Source of the DNA: an uncultured Nitrospiraceae bacterium | Lineage (GTDB): Bacteria; Hydrogenedentota; Hydrogenedentia; Hydrogenedentales; SLHB01 | Direction: 5' to 3' | Length of the DNA stretch: 54,207 nt | Assembly: GCA_964520685.1 (NCBI GenBank) | Contig: CAZFOG010000004.1 | Span: 1-54,207 of the forward strand | Shown: in pieces, positions 35,471 through 45,398 of the stretch | Layout of the letters: each line of letters opens with the position of its first letter | Position numbering within the stretch: the first letter of the stretch is position 1 | Notes under the pieces: model-generated | The model's database searches: none | Told to the model about the DNA's origin: nothing | Seen by the model: only the letters and a program-made list of their open reading frames with translations | Position numbers and translations under genes: made by a program

Positions 35471-37738
35471 TTACTGCTTCTTCGCGAGCCACTCCTCCTG
35501 AATACTGCGGCAATTGACGACCTTTTCAGCCAGGTCCGTCGGCACGTAGAAGTAGTGGTTAGACGCTTCGTAGCCGAACCGGGAATCCTGCGACTGCAGC
35601 GCGTGCATGCGCTGGGCGAGCGCGATCTCGTTTTCCAGCAACGCCCTGAGCGCGTCCACATGCTGCTGCGCCGTGTCGGCCGCGGGGTCTGCGTTGAGCG
35701 CGTCGCGGTGCATGACAAAGCGGGCCTGATTGGCGACGCTCTGGAAGTGAACCGCGCACACTTCAGCGATGCGCATTTCCTCTTCCGTGGCGGTCCGATG
35801 TTCGAGGGACACCTGGGCGCTCTGAAGGGCTTCCCGAACGGCGCCGATCGCTTCCTGGAAGCCCTGGGCCATCTTCTCGAACTGCCGCGTAAACACGTCA
35901 GGCGGAAAAACGGCGCGCCAGCCCTGCAGGTCGTCGTAGGGGATGCCCACCATGGTTGATGCATAGCCGGTGGGTTGAGCGAACAGCAGATTGGCCGGGC
36001 CCATCTGCACCGGTGCGCGGTACACCAGGCTGCTGTGGTACGGGTATTCGCTGAACGCGGCGCTGAACGCTTTCCACGCCTCGACCAGGGCCGGAGCCAG
36101 GGTCTCGCCCACGCGATTGCGGGCCACCTTCAACAGCGCATCGTCCACGCTCAGTGCTCGATCCGCGCCCAACTCCGCGACAACCTCGAGATTGGGCGAG
36201 GGACACCCCCCGAGAGTCCAGCTCAGCATCAAACCATCTACACCCGTTTCACGCAGATTCGCCGCATGCTGGGCGACGTTTGCCACTGCCGGGATATAGG
36301 GCACAGGTGACAGTTCCCACGTGTTGTTCGTCTGGACCTTGGCCATGGTTTTCAGACCGTGCTCGCGTGCAAACCCCCAGTGACGGGTTGCCCGGGGGCC
36401 GGGCCCGACCGTCGAGATCGAGTATTCTCCGACAACGGTGTCGACGCCGCCGCGGGTCACGGGGATGCTCCATTCGCTTACGCTTTGGAGGGCGACCTCT
36501 TTGGGAAGCCGCTGCACGATGCCCTCGACCCAGTGATCCTGCCAGCCCCAGTCCCACGCGATGAGCCGAATATTGGCGCCACTGCGCTGGATGCCTTCGT
36601 AAATGGTCTGGTGCAATTCCGCGATAACTTCGGCGGGTTCGCGCGTGCCGCAGCGGGGGCAATTCTGGCCCTGGTGATGAGACCAGCAGTTGGTGAGGTT
36701 TTCGGACCCCGAGATGGTGAAGAACCCGGCGAGTTCGGGCACTTCACGAGAGATTCGTTCTACGGCGCCCCGGATGTAATCGCGCACTTCCCCGGAACTC
36801 GTGCACATGGCGGCCCAATCACCCTCGACCACGCCTTTCAGGCCGGGGCGTTCTTCGTAGAAGGCCAGGGGCATTGCCCGGGGTTCATTGAGGTAGAGAT
36901 AGATACCGATGCCTTGTTCTTTGGCGCGCGCGGCGAGGGCCTTCAGATTCTCGAGGCGTTTCTCGTAATGGGCGCTGAGCGATTCGTCCCACGGGAACGG
37001 GGTCAATTTGTACAAAACCGCCTGCATCCAGACCCCGTTCACCCCCGAATCGGCCAGTCGTGCCAGATAACCGTTCGGGAAGGACCCTTTTTCCGGGTCG
37101 TCCTCGAGCAGGGGGTCGCCATACAGCGCGAAATAGGACGGGCCGAAACGCGGGTCAAACTGGCTTTTCCGGGGTTCGTCTCGGCGGGTCTCCGGCATTT
37201 CGGACAGCCGTTCGATAAACGCGAACAATGCATCTTCCGGGATGCCGGCGCCTTCCGGGAACGCTTCCTTTACCCACCCGGCGATGCGCGCTTCCGCTTC
37301 CCGAATCCCGGGTGTGCGTTCCTCGTACGCCACCGGCTGGCATTTCGGCTTCAGGCTGCCCAGTTTGATGTAGAGGAAATCGTCCTCCCGCAGTGTATAG
37401 GCCATCTCCTCGGCATCCCATCCCAGCAGTTCGAGCAACTGCTCGTATGGCATCAAGTGCCAGTTTCGGCGAATGACCGTGATATAGGAGCGCCGCTGCT
37501 GTTCGGGTGTGATCGCCGGCGGCCCCTCGAGCCCCATGGCATGGCCCATGGCCACCAGTTCGCCCGGTTCTGCGCCAGCTACAGTCGCGAGCGTCTCCAT
37601 CGGCACGAGTGTCCAGTTGCGCCACACGCAGGCATGCAGCCGTGTTGGGAAATGGTCAAACGTGACCGGTTCGGGAGCGCCTCCCGCGGGAAGCTCGATA
37701 GCGTGCAGCAGCGCTGCGCTCAAAATGGCCCATGTCAT
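35471..37738 (-). CDS. Secreted hypothetical protein, glycoside-hydrolase-like (TIM-barrel-like central region)
   Basis: AGGAGG at 37748-37753 is followed 9 nt later by ATG at 37738, giving MTWAILSAALLHAIELPAGG (signal peptide). Contains GIYLYLNEPRAMP, CWSHHQGQNCPRC and MLSWTLGGCPSPNL blocks. No confident family call. Confidence 0.45.
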   Translation of the reverse strand: MTWAILSAALLHAIELPAGGAPEPVTFDHFPTRLHACVWRNWTLVPMETLATVAGAEPGELVAMGHAMGLEGPPAITPEQQRRSYITVIRRNWHLMPYEQLLELLGWDAEEMAYTLREDDFLYIKLGSLKPKCQPVAYEERTPGIREAEARIAGWVKEAFPEGAGIPEDALFAFIERLSEMPETRRDEPRKSQFDPRFGPSYFALYGDPLLEDDPEKGSFPNGYLARLADSGVNGVWMQAVLYKLTPFPWDESLSAHYEKRLENLKALAARAKEQGIGIYLYLNEPRAMPLAFYEERPGLKGVVEGDWAAMCTSSGEVRDYIRGAVERISREVPELAGFFTISGSENLTNCWSHHQGQNCPRCGTREPAEVIAELHQTIYEGIQRSGANIRLIAWDWGWQDHWVEGIVQRLPKEVALQSVSEWSIPVTRGGVDTVVGEYSISTVGPGPRATRHWGFAREHGLKTMAKVQTNNTWELSPVPYIPAVANVAQHAANLRETGVDGLMLSWTLGGCPSPNLEVVAELGADRALSVDDALLKVARNRVGETLAPALVEAWKAFSAAFSEYPYHSSLVYRAPVQMGPANLLFAQPTGYASTMVGIPYDDLQGWRAVFPPDVFTRQFEKMAQGFQEAIGAVREALQSAQVSLEHRTATEEEMRIAEVCAVHFQSVANQARFVMHRDALNADPAADTAQQHVDALRALLENEIALAQRMHALQSQDSRFGYEASNHYFYVPTDLAEKVVNCRSIQEEWLAKKQ

Positions 37739-37806
37739 GATGTACATCCTCCTGCGTCTTACACGGTTAGTGGTCCTGATGGCAGTGTGGCCGCATCTGC
37801 CCGGCG

Positions 37807-38793
37807 TCACCGGGTGTCGCTCAGCTCGCGAACCAGCCGGTACACCGTATCATACGCGAACGTCAATTCCGCAATGGAACAATGATCCTGAACGAAGTGC
37901 GAGGTGCAAAACAAGAGGCCTCCGTCCGCAAACATCCGCAACACGCGTTCGATCTCGGCCTCCACCCGCTCGAGGTCGCCAAATCCGAGGGTTGTCTGGA
38001 CGTCGAGCCCGCCCATGAGGGCGAATTTGTGCCCGTACCGCGCCTTCTGTGTCGCAAGGCACATCCCGGCCGATTCTTGCCAGGGATGCACCACATCGTA
38101 ACCCAATTCGGCAATGCCGTCCAGAACGGCATTTACGTTGCCGTCGCTGTGAAGGCCGGCAAAGCCGCCGTGCTGTTTGACGGCGTTCGCAAGCACCCGA
38201 TGGAATGGATAAATCATCTCCCACCACACGGCTTCGCTGAAGAGCAGGCTGTTCTGCCCGCCCCAGTCGTCTGCAACAAAGATCATGTCCATGCCCAGGT
38301 CCAGGCAATTCCTCGCGAATGCACAACTCCAATCTGTCTGGCGGCGGTATAGCTCGCGGAGTTCTTCCGGGTACTCGAGAAGGCAGCGCAGGTGCTCCTC
38401 GAGCGTCAGCACGCTGTTGATCACTTCAAAACTGCCCGGCGTCTGCATGTACACGAACCGGCCACGCTCCTCCTTGTGATGGCGCACCTCGTCGATAATT
38501 TCCCGGTAGTCATCCATCCGGTTCGGGTCGTTCGTGGGCAGGTCGAGTGCGGCAGGCGGTGTGATTCTGCCGCCGCCCGTTTCGCGCATGGCGGTCACCG
38601 CTTCGTCGGGAAAGGTCGACGGGCCGCCAAATATATGGGCCAAATCGAACTCGTAATGGTCTTCAAATGCGGCTACAGACCCAAAGATTTGCTCGATCTG
38701 CGGGGTCATATTGAATTTGACCCAGCCGTAGATGGGTGTCCTGTCCGGCTTCTTGTGCCGCAGGACCTGTATGACCCGCTCGCGCGAAAGCAT
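37807..38793 (-). CDS. Uroporphyrinogen-decarboxylase (URO-D) family protein, MtaA/MtbA/CmuA-like methyltransferase candidate
   Basis: [24 protein letters not shown]...; later [30 protein letters not shown]...[27 protein letters not shown] matches URO-D fold family patterns. RBS AGGAG lies 9 nt upstream. Confidence 0.7.
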   Translation of the reverse strand: MLSRERVIQVLRHKKPDRTPIYGWVKFNMTPQIEQIFGSVAAFEDHYEFDLAHIFGGPSTFPDEAVTAMRETGGGRITPPAALDLPTNDPNRMDDYREIIDEVRHHKEERGRFVYMQTPGSFEVINSVLTLEEHLRCLLEYPEELRELYRRQTDWSCAFARNCLDLGMDMIFVADDWGGQNSLLFSEAVWWEMIYPFHRVLANAVKQHGGFAGLHSDGNVNAVLDGIAELGYDVVHPWQESAGMCLATQKARYGHKFALMGGLDVQTTLGFGDLERVEAEIERVLRMFADGGLLFCTSHFVQDHCSIAELTFAYDTVYRLVRELSDTR

Positions 38794-39009
38794 CCGGTGC
38801 CGCTCCTGTGTCGGAAGAGTTTGTCATCTGGCCACTTACGATGGCTTGTCAGGCCCGCCAATCCTACTTCGTCAGAGGCGGGAGCTACAAATCACCGTTC
38901 AAAGCCAGGAACTTCCGTTCTGGAGATGACACGCGGGAATAAAGGCCGTGTGCGAAAAGTACATAGAAATATCTGCCCAGACTCGCGGAAAAGAGAAGGA
39001 GGAGTCCCG

Positions 39010-39972
39010 ATGAAGCGACAGAGCGGCTTCACGCTTATCGAGTTGCTCGTGGTAATCGCAATCATAGGCATCCTGGCGGCGCTACTGCTGCCTGCGCTGG
39101 CACGGGCCCGGGAAGCAGCCCGGCGGGCCAGTTGCGCCAACAATCTTAAGCAATGGGGACTTGTGTTCAAGATGTACGCCAATGAATCAAAAGGCGAGAA
39201 GTTCCCCCACATGGAAGCGGAGTACGTGCCGCTTTACGACTGCGATACCCTTACCAATGTTGGCGGAAGCCACCTGATCATCGGTCCGGCCCCGAACATT
39301 ACCAGTATCCATCCCGAATACCTGACCGATCCGTCTCTGTTATTGTGTCCCTCAAATTCGCACACCGATATTGACCGGATGAAGAACCCTCAGGGCGAAT
39401 GGGAAGTGCTGTACGCCTGTGATGACGGCGCCGGCGATGTCGATGCGCTTCGCGGCATTCGCCTTGCGCATAGCAGCTACATGTATTTCGGATGGGTTTT
39501 CGACCGCATTTCCGACTCCGACGAGCAATTGCCACTGATCATTATCGGCGGACCGCCCACCGAGACGGGTCCGGCACAGCTCCTGTCGGGACTTGGGGTG
39601 CCTTTGTCCATCGTGGGTTCCGGTGGCGACGTGTCCGCGGCCGATGAAGATGTTGACGTTTCAGGGCTTGCCCCCGGCACGGGTAATGCCGGTTCGGACA
39701 CCGTCTATCGCCTGCGCGAGGGCATCGAGCGTTTCCTGATCACCGACATTAACAACCCGGCATCCAGCGCAACGGCCCAGAGCCGGGTATGGGTCATGAG
39801 TGATTTTGTAGTGTCGCGCGCCGACTACTTCAATCACGTGCCCGGCGGCGCGAACATCCTCTACATGGATGGCCACGTCGAGTTCGTACGGTATCCCGGC
39901 GTGCCACCCGCGAATCGCAGCGTTGCCCTTACTCTGACGGCAATTACGGACTCGTATATGAGCTGGACCTGA
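39010..39972 (+). CDS. Prepilin-type N-terminal cleavage/methylation domain protein, DUF1559 (H-X9-DG) family
   Basis: The track ORF starts far upstream. The ATG at 39010 follows AAGGAGGAG. N-terminus [51 protein letters not shown]-terminal [18 protein letters not shown] is the H-X9-DG motif. Confidence 0.85.
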   Translation: MKRQSGFTLIELLVVIAIIGILAALLLPALARAREAARRASCANNLKQWGLVFKMYANESKGEKFPHMEAEYVPLYDCDTLTNVGGSHLIIGPAPNITSIHPEYLTDPSLLLCPSNSHTDIDRMKNPQGEWEVLYACDDGAGDVDALRGIRLAHSSYMYFGWVFDRISDSDEQLPLIIIGGPPTETGPAQLLSGLGVPLSIVGSGGDVSAADEDVDVSGLAPGTGNAGSDTVYRLREGIERFLITDINNPASSATAQSRVWVMSDFVVSRADYFNHVPGGANILYMDGHVEFVRYPGVPPANRSVALTLTAITDSYMSWT

Positions 39973-39979
39973 ACCCGGT

Positions 39980-40747
39980 TTACAAATTCGCGGTCCAGCC
40001 CCCGTCCACATACAGAATTTGACCGTTTACGTAGGACGACGCGTCCGAACACAGAAATACCGCCGCCCCGACAAGCTCGTCCGGCTCGCCCCATCGCCCG
40101 GCGGGCGTACGCAGTCGCACCCAGGCATCGAACTCGGGATCTTCCTGGAGCGGCCGCGTCATGTCCGTGGCGAAGTATCCCGGCGCGAGCGCGTTGCACT
40201 GAAGCCCATACCGCCCCCATTCGACGGCCATGGCGCGCGTAAGGCCCGCCAGCCCGCTCTTGGCGGCGGTGTACGGGCCAATTGACGGGCGGCTGCCAAA
40301 GCTGGTGAGGGATGCGATGTTCACGATTTTGCCTTGTTTGCGGGCGAGCATGCCTCTCGCCACGGTTTTCGCCACGCGCCATGCTGCGGTGAGGTTTACC
40401 TCGAGCACGCTGTGCCAGTCCTCCTCAGATAGGTCCTCGAGGGCTCCGCGCCGCTGGATACCGGCATTGTTGACCAGACCATCCAGAGGGCCGGCCTCGG
40501 CTTCGATCGCATCCACGGCCTGCGCGACGGCCCGGGCGTCCGTGATGTCAAAGGCATAGGTTTCGCAGGCGGCGCCCGACGCAATGAACTCCTGTTTACG
40601 CTGTTCGAGCAGCCCGGCGTTGGTTGCATTCAGGATAACGCGCGCCCCGGCGGCGGCAAGCCCGCGAGCAATCGTGAGGCCAAGACCCCTGCTGGCGCCG
40701 GTCACAAGGATGGTTCGTCCCTGCAGGCTGAAGAGTTCCGGGTTCAC
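39980..40747 (-). CDS. Short-chain dehydrogenase/reductase (gluconate 5-dehydrogenase / KduD-like)
   Basis: GTG start. Cofactor-binding motif TGASRGLG, NNAG, catalytic Y-x3-K in YTAAKSGLAGLTRAMAVEW, and C-terminal YVNGQILYVDGGW. Confidence 0.85.
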   Translation of the reverse strand: MNPELFSLQGRTILVTGASRGLGLTIARGLAAAGARVILNATNAGLLEQRKQEFIASGAACETYAFDITDARAVAQAVDAIEAEAGPLDGLVNNAGIQRRGALEDLSEEDWHSVLEVNLTAAWRVAKTVARGMLARKQGKIVNIASLTSFGSRPSIGPYTAAKSGLAGLTRAMAVEWGRYGLQCNALAPGYFATDMTRPLQEDPEFDAWVRLRTPAGRWGEPDELVGAAVFLCSDASSYVNGQILYVDGGWTANL

Positions 40748-40800
40748 ATCCCCCCCTTTTATCGAGCGAGCGCGGCGGCGCGTGACGTCCCGTCAGTTCG

Positions 40801-42831
40801 TCAGATGCCTTCCGCGGTCGAGAGGCCTGGCGTCTCAATTCCCATACGCTGATAGTAGGCATGCGTCTCGTACTGGGTGCGCCGGCCTTCGGTGCCGTTG
40901 TTCACATATTGGTTGGACTGAATCTCGTCGAGTATGCGCGCCTTGAACGAGTCGTTAATCTGGAGCTCGCAGATATCGAGCAGTTCGCGCTTCAGGCGCT
41001 GGTCGTATATGGGAAAGGCGACCTCGACACGCCAATCGATGTTACGCTCCATCAAGTCCGCCGAACTCATGTAGACAACCTGCTCTTCGCCCCGGCCGAA
41101 AATGTAGATACGCTGGTGTTCGAGGTAGCGGTCCAGGATCGAGATTGCGCGGATGTTCGGGTGCGGCAGCATGGCATAGGTCGTCCGCACGACGAAATCC
41201 ATCCTGACGCCGGCATCCGCCGCTTCCCGCAGTTTTTCGATGGTTTTGTCGTCGGTCAAGTGATTCACCTTGAGAAAGACGTACCCGTGCTCCCCCTTCT
41301 TCTTCTCGCGGTTGATGAGCTTCAATATGACTTTGCGGGTATTGAAGGGCGAGACCAGGAGATGTTTGAACTTCGGGGCGGTAATGGCACGCATCTTGGA
41401 TGCGTTGTCGAGATAATCGAAGACCCTGTCCGCTTCGTCGGCCAGATTCTTATCGGAAGTCAGCAGGGTCGTGTCCACATAGAGCTTGCCGGTGGCCTCG
41501 TTGAAATTGCCCGTCGAGAAACCGGCGAGACAGCCGTTCTTGCGTTTAATCAGCAGCAGTTTGCAGTGCACCTTCATGGGGGGCACGCCGTAGACCACGG
41601 TTGCACCCGCCTCGGACAGCCCTTCCGAGATCTGGATGTTGTTTTTCTCGTCGAAGCGCGCCTGCAGTTCAATGGACACGAATACCTTCTTGCCATTGCG
41701 TGCAGCGTTGATGAGGGCGTTCACCACCTGAGACCTTCGCGCCACGCGATACAACGTCATTTTGATTTCTTCGACTTCCGGATCGATGGCGGCTTCGCGC
41801 AGCAAGCGGATGAGGTTGTCGAAAGACTGGTAGGGGTACGTCAGCAGGATGTCCTGTTCCTGAATGAGGTTCATCATGGGGCGCCGGCCTCGGTCCAATA
41901 CCGGGTGTGGCGCGGGCTCCATCCCGGCGAAGGACACATCCGTGCGGCGGTTCGGAAACTGCATCAGGTCTTTCATGTTGTGATAGCGGGCGCCAGCGAT
42001 GAGGGTGTCGTACTTGGTAATCTTGAGCCTGTCGCGCAGCAGTTGCAGCAGCCCCATCGGCATCGTGGCGTCATGCACGAGGCGGGTTGGGCGCCCGCCC
42101 TTTCGTTGCTTCAGCACTCGCTCCATTTTGCGCACGTGGCCTTCGGAGAAATCGTTGTCGATATCCAGCTGGGCGTCCCGCGAGATCTTGAATTCGTAGG
42201 CGCCGATGCGGTCGTAGTTGAAAATGTAAAAGATATCATTCAGCGAGTGACGAATCAGGTCGTCGACGTACATGATCGCGCCGTTGGGCAGCTCCACAAA
42301 GCGGGGCAGCTCCGATGGAATCTCGAGAATCGCGTACCGGATGGGCTCCCCCCACATTTTGACGCCAAAATACAGAGCGCCATCCGTCAATTGCGGGAAC
42401 GGCTGAGACTTGCGCAGAATGATGGGTACGAGGCTGGGCAGCACGTTTTCCCGGAAGTAGTCGTCGAGCCACGGTCTCAGTTCTTGCGCGCAATGCTCGA
42501 TGTCCTGCTCGTTGAGGATCTTGATGCCCTCGACCGCGAGTGTCGATGTGATGTCCGCATACGCCGCGCGGAACCGCTCGTCCAACTCACGCGATTTGTG
42601 CGCAAGCACCTCGAGTACCGCCTGCATCCCGCTGTGGCCCAGTTCGATGCGCCGCTGCACGCTCGCCACGCGAACCTTGAAGAATTCGTCCATATTCGAC
42701 GAGAAAATCCCCAGGAACTTGAGGCGCTCCATGGGAGGATTCCGTCTGTCTTCCGCCTCCTGAAGCACCCGCTCATTGAAGGACAGGGTCGAGACTTCGC
42801 GAATTTGATGGACGTTGCGCATGTCGTTCAC
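40801..42831 (-). CDS. ppk: Polyphosphate kinase 1
   Basis: FNERVLQEAEDRRNPPMERLKFLGIFSSNMDEFFKVRV is the characteristic PPK1 N-terminus. Length of 676 aa. Two PLD-like C-terminal halves, including HCKLLLIKR. Confidence 0.9.
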   Translation of the reverse strand: MNDMRNVHQIREVSTLSFNERVLQEAEDRRNPPMERLKFLGIFSSNMDEFFKVRVASVQRRIELGHSGMQAVLEVLAHKSRELDERFRAAYADITSTLAVEGIKILNEQDIEHCAQELRPWLDDYFRENVLPSLVPIILRKSQPFPQLTDGALYFGVKMWGEPIRYAILEIPSELPRFVELPNGAIMYVDDLIRHSLNDIFYIFNYDRIGAYEFKISRDAQLDIDNDFSEGHVRKMERVLKQRKGGRPTRLVHDATMPMGLLQLLRDRLKITKYDTLIAGARYHNMKDLMQFPNRRTDVSFAGMEPAPHPVLDRGRRPMMNLIQEQDILLTYPYQSFDNLIRLLREAAIDPEVEEIKMTLYRVARRSQVVNALINAARNGKKVFVSIELQARFDEKNNIQISEGLSEAGATVVYGVPPMKVHCKLLLIKRKNGCLAGFSTGNFNEATGKLYVDTTLLTSDKNLADEADRVFDYLDNASKMRAITAPKFKHLLVSPFNTRKVILKLINREKKKGEHGYVFLKVNHLTDDKTIEKLREAADAGVRMDFVVRTTYAMLPHPNIRAISILDRYLEHQRIYIFGRGEEQVVYMSSADLMERNIDWRVEVAFPIYDQRLKRELLDICELQINDSFKARILDEIQSNQYVNNGTEGRRTQYETHAYYQRMGIETPGLSTAEGI

Positions 42832-42945
42832 TATATGGATGTACTGTCTTGCGTATTCTGATGCACCGCCGGATGACCTGTCCGCCCGCGGGCTGGTATG
42901 ATAATGACAGGAAACGCAGCCACAATCCGCTCAGCGGAGGACTTC

Positions 42946-44049
42946 ATGAAACACCATTTCGCCGCAGGATGCAAGTCTCTGATGTTGTGCACGTTGTGCG
43001 CCTTCCTGAGCGTTGCCGCCAAAGACGGACAGGACACTTCCGCGCAGGTTCCGACTCAGAGGCCACAATCCGGTGAAGGCCAGGCTTCCGGGCCGCTTGT
43101 CTGCGACGCGCCAGAATACGATTTCGGGGAACAGGACCAGACCGTCAAGCTGAAACACACATTCCCTGTGCGAAATGCCGCGGACGGACCGGTCACAATC
43201 GACCGCGTCCTGACGACTTGCGGGTGTACGGCCGCCACGCTCGACAAGAAGACGCTGGCGCCGGGAGAAACCGTGCCATTGGAAGTAGAAATCTCGCTTG
43301 CGGGCAACAGAGGCCAATTCCAGAAGCATATCTACGTGCTCTCGGGCGGCGGCACTCAGACGAAGACCCGTCTCACCATCAAGGGGACGGTGGTCGAGCG
43401 TGTTCGCGTCACGCCGCGAACGGTAAACCTGGGTTACTCGGCCGCGGACACCCCCACCGAGAGCACGGCGACCCTCGAGGCGGCTGACGCGTCCGCAAGG
43501 TTCACCGTGCGGGACATCGGCACCGACAGTGCGTACCTCGAGTTGAACCTGGAGACCTCGGCGGACGGCATGACGCACACGCTTCATGTGCGGACCAAGC
43601 CGCCGTTGCCGCTGGGTTCCCACCCTGCGACTGTTCGGGTGTTCACCGACCGCGAGGAGTTTCCGAGGCTTGACATACCGGTGGCGCTGCGGGTCGTCGA
43701 CAAGCTCGAGATGGTCCCGAATGAGGTTGTTTTGTACGACAGGGGCACCGGTACCGAAGACAGCGCGATCCGGTTTCTGAACGTCATGCCCGGAAGTGCG
43801 AGGGAGTTCACCGTGACGGGCGTCGAGGTGCCTGTCGAGGGGATTACGGCGGAGATCATCCCGCGGCCAGACAGCCGGTATCTCGTCAAACTCCACAACG
43901 TTCCGGTTGACAAATCCCTCGATGGCAAGGAAATCGTGCTCCTGACGGACATCCCGGGCAGGGAACGCGTGGCGGTTCCGATTCGCGTGAAGCCATATCC
44001 CCACCCTCAGTCGAGGGTATCCACGCCGGTTTCCGGAGAAGGCCGGTAG
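42946..44049 (+). CDS. Secreted DUF1573-domain protein with additional Ig-like domains
   Basis: ATG at 42946 follows GGAGG. Signal peptide MKHHFAAGCKSLMLCTLCAFLSVAA. DUF1573 hallmark: YDFGEQDQTVKLKHTFPVRNAADGPVTIDRVLTTCGCTAATLDKKTLAPGETVPLEV. Confidence 0.75.
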   Translation: MKHHFAAGCKSLMLCTLCAFLSVAAKDGQDTSAQVPTQRPQSGEGQASGPLVCDAPEYDFGEQDQTVKLKHTFPVRNAADGPVTIDRVLTTCGCTAATLDKKTLAPGETVPLEVEISLAGNRGQFQKHIYVLSGGGTQTKTRLTIKGTVVERVRVTPRTVNLGYSAADTPTESTATLEAADASARFTVRDIGTDSAYLELNLETSADGMTHTLHVRTKPPLPLGSHPATVRVFTDREEFPRLDIPVALRVVDKLEMVPNEVVLYDRGTGTEDSAIRFLNVMPGSAREFTVTGVEVPVEGITAEIIPRPDSRYLVKLHNVPVDKSLDGKEIVLLTDIPGRERVAVPIRVKPYPHPQSRVSTPVSGEGR

Positions 44050-44063
44050 CGCGGTGGCCGGCT

Positions 44064-45284
44064 CTACTGCTCGCCGCCAAACACCCGCCGCACCGCCTCC
44101 AGGTACCTGAAGCCGTTCCGGGTGTCCGGTTCGAGGTAGCTGCCCTCGGTCCATTCGTTCCAGCAGTTGATGGTGATGATGCGCTGGCCTTGGGGCAACG
44201 TATCCGCAAGGGTCTTTACGGCGCGAAGGCCGCCCTCGAACGCCTCCGGGCTGTTTTCGGAAATCGTGCCCATGAACGGATAGCCTGTGTTTTTGAATTC
44301 GTCATCAGGATGGCAGCGCGGCGAGGCGTCCCATCCCATAGTCACGTTGGGAAAATAAGGAACCGCGTACCGCGGAGCGGTCTCTTTCCAGTGCTCGACG
44401 TACTTGTCGCGCACGTAGGCGTACGGCGTCTGTGGAAATTGCGGCAGCGCGACATGATGGATCCAGACGTATGAAGTGACGCTGTCGAAGCCCAGAAGGG
44501 AAATCAATTCCTCCGGCTTCGAGACCGCCGTCTCGCCGGGCAGGATGCGCACACCAAACGTGACGGCGTTCAAATACAGGCCGGGAAACCCGGCGGCCTT
44601 GGTTTTTGCCCGAAACCTCTCGAGGGCGTCGCGGGTGGCATCGAGGCTGCCGAAACTCTGGATGAGGGTGTGCAGCTCGTATACCGAGAAGTACGGGCAG
44701 CCGTCGATGAGCCAGTGACTCGGGTGTTTGAAATAGGTTTCGATGATGTAGTCGGTCATCGTCTCGAATGTTTCGGGCGTAACCGTACCGGGGTAGAGCA
44801 GCTCGCTTCGTTGTTCGAGGCGGGCGGGGTGGATATCAATCCAATTGTGGTTCGCCCACATCAGGGCGAACTTCAGGCGGTCCCGGTTGGGCGCTTTCAT
44901 GAATCCGTTCTCGATACCACGCTCGAGGAACGGGCCGTCGTCGAACCAGTACCAGTCGAAAAGGAACATATCAATGCCGTGGTCGGCCGCCGCGCCGATC
45001 TTCCGGGCCATGTCCTCGGGATTCGACTCATCGGTGTATCCCCAGAGCGGGATATTGGGCTGAAGGTGGCCATCGAAACGCGGTTTGGCCTGTTTGACCA
45101 GTTCCCACTCGGTCCAGCCCTCGCCGTAGCGTTTCGCGTTTCGCGGGTCAGGGTGGTAATTCGGGAAATAATACGCCGCGATCGTGTATGAATCGGTCAT
45201 GGATGGTTCCGCCTGGGCTGTCTGGGGCGTCTCGGCCGCACCGGCCGCGCAGAGAATGCCCGCAACCATATATGCGCTCAACAT
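44064..45284 (-). CDS. WbsX-family (Glyco_tran_WbsX-like) protein with signal peptide
   Basis: ATG at 45284 is preceded by GGAGAGGAGA. Signal peptide MLSAYMVAGILCAAGAAETP. The block AAYYFPNYHPDPRNAKRYGEGWTEWELVKQAKPRFDGHLQPNIPLWGYTDESNP follows the WbsX family N-terminal pattern. Confidence 0.65.
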   Translation of the reverse strand: MLSAYMVAGILCAAGAAETPQTAQAEPSMTDSYTIAAYYFPNYHPDPRNAKRYGEGWTEWELVKQAKPRFDGHLQPNIPLWGYTDESNPEDMARKIGAAADHGIDMFLFDWYWFDDGPFLERGIENGFMKAPNRDRLKFALMWANHNWIDIHPARLEQRSELLYPGTVTPETFETMTDYIIETYFKHPSHWLIDGCPYFSVYELHTLIQSFGSLDATRDALERFRAKTKAAGFPGLYLNAVTFGVRILPGETAVSKPEELISLLGFDSVTSYVWIHHVALPQFPQTPYAYVRDKYVEHWKETAPRYAVPYFPNVTMGWDASPRCHPDDEFKNTGYPFMGTISENSPEAFEGGLRAVKTLADTLPQGQRIITINCWNEWTEGSYLEPDTRNGFRYLEAVRRVFGGEQ

Positions 45285-45398
45285 CACCGGTCTCCTCTCC
45301 GTGTTCCAGGGCAATGGTAGCCGTTGGGTCCTGTCCAAGCAAGAAGAATGGGTCTCAAACCGGACCCGCCCTGTTCAATTCGCGAGGGGGAAAAAGCT

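Noticed and set aside
38794-38920. Possible cobalamin riboswitch in the leader of the URO-D/MttB cluster (minus strand: GGTGATTTGTAGCTCCCGCCTCTGA and GGCGGGCCTGACAAGCC; plus strand: GGCCACT and GTCAGGCCCGCC)
   Set aside because: Only fragmentary resemblance to the CCCGCCACUG core and the B12 box. The GGGAA and GGUG..AAUCC elements and the expected helices are missing. CCCGCC/GGCGGG simply form a 6-bp hairpin. A covariance-model scan (Rfam RF00174) would settle it.
44040-44075. Small GCCGG/CCGGC hairpin between the convergent DUF1573 and WbsX-like genes, as a bidirectional terminator
   Set aside because: The stem is only 5 bp with an 11-nt loop and no U-tract on either strand, which is too weak to call.
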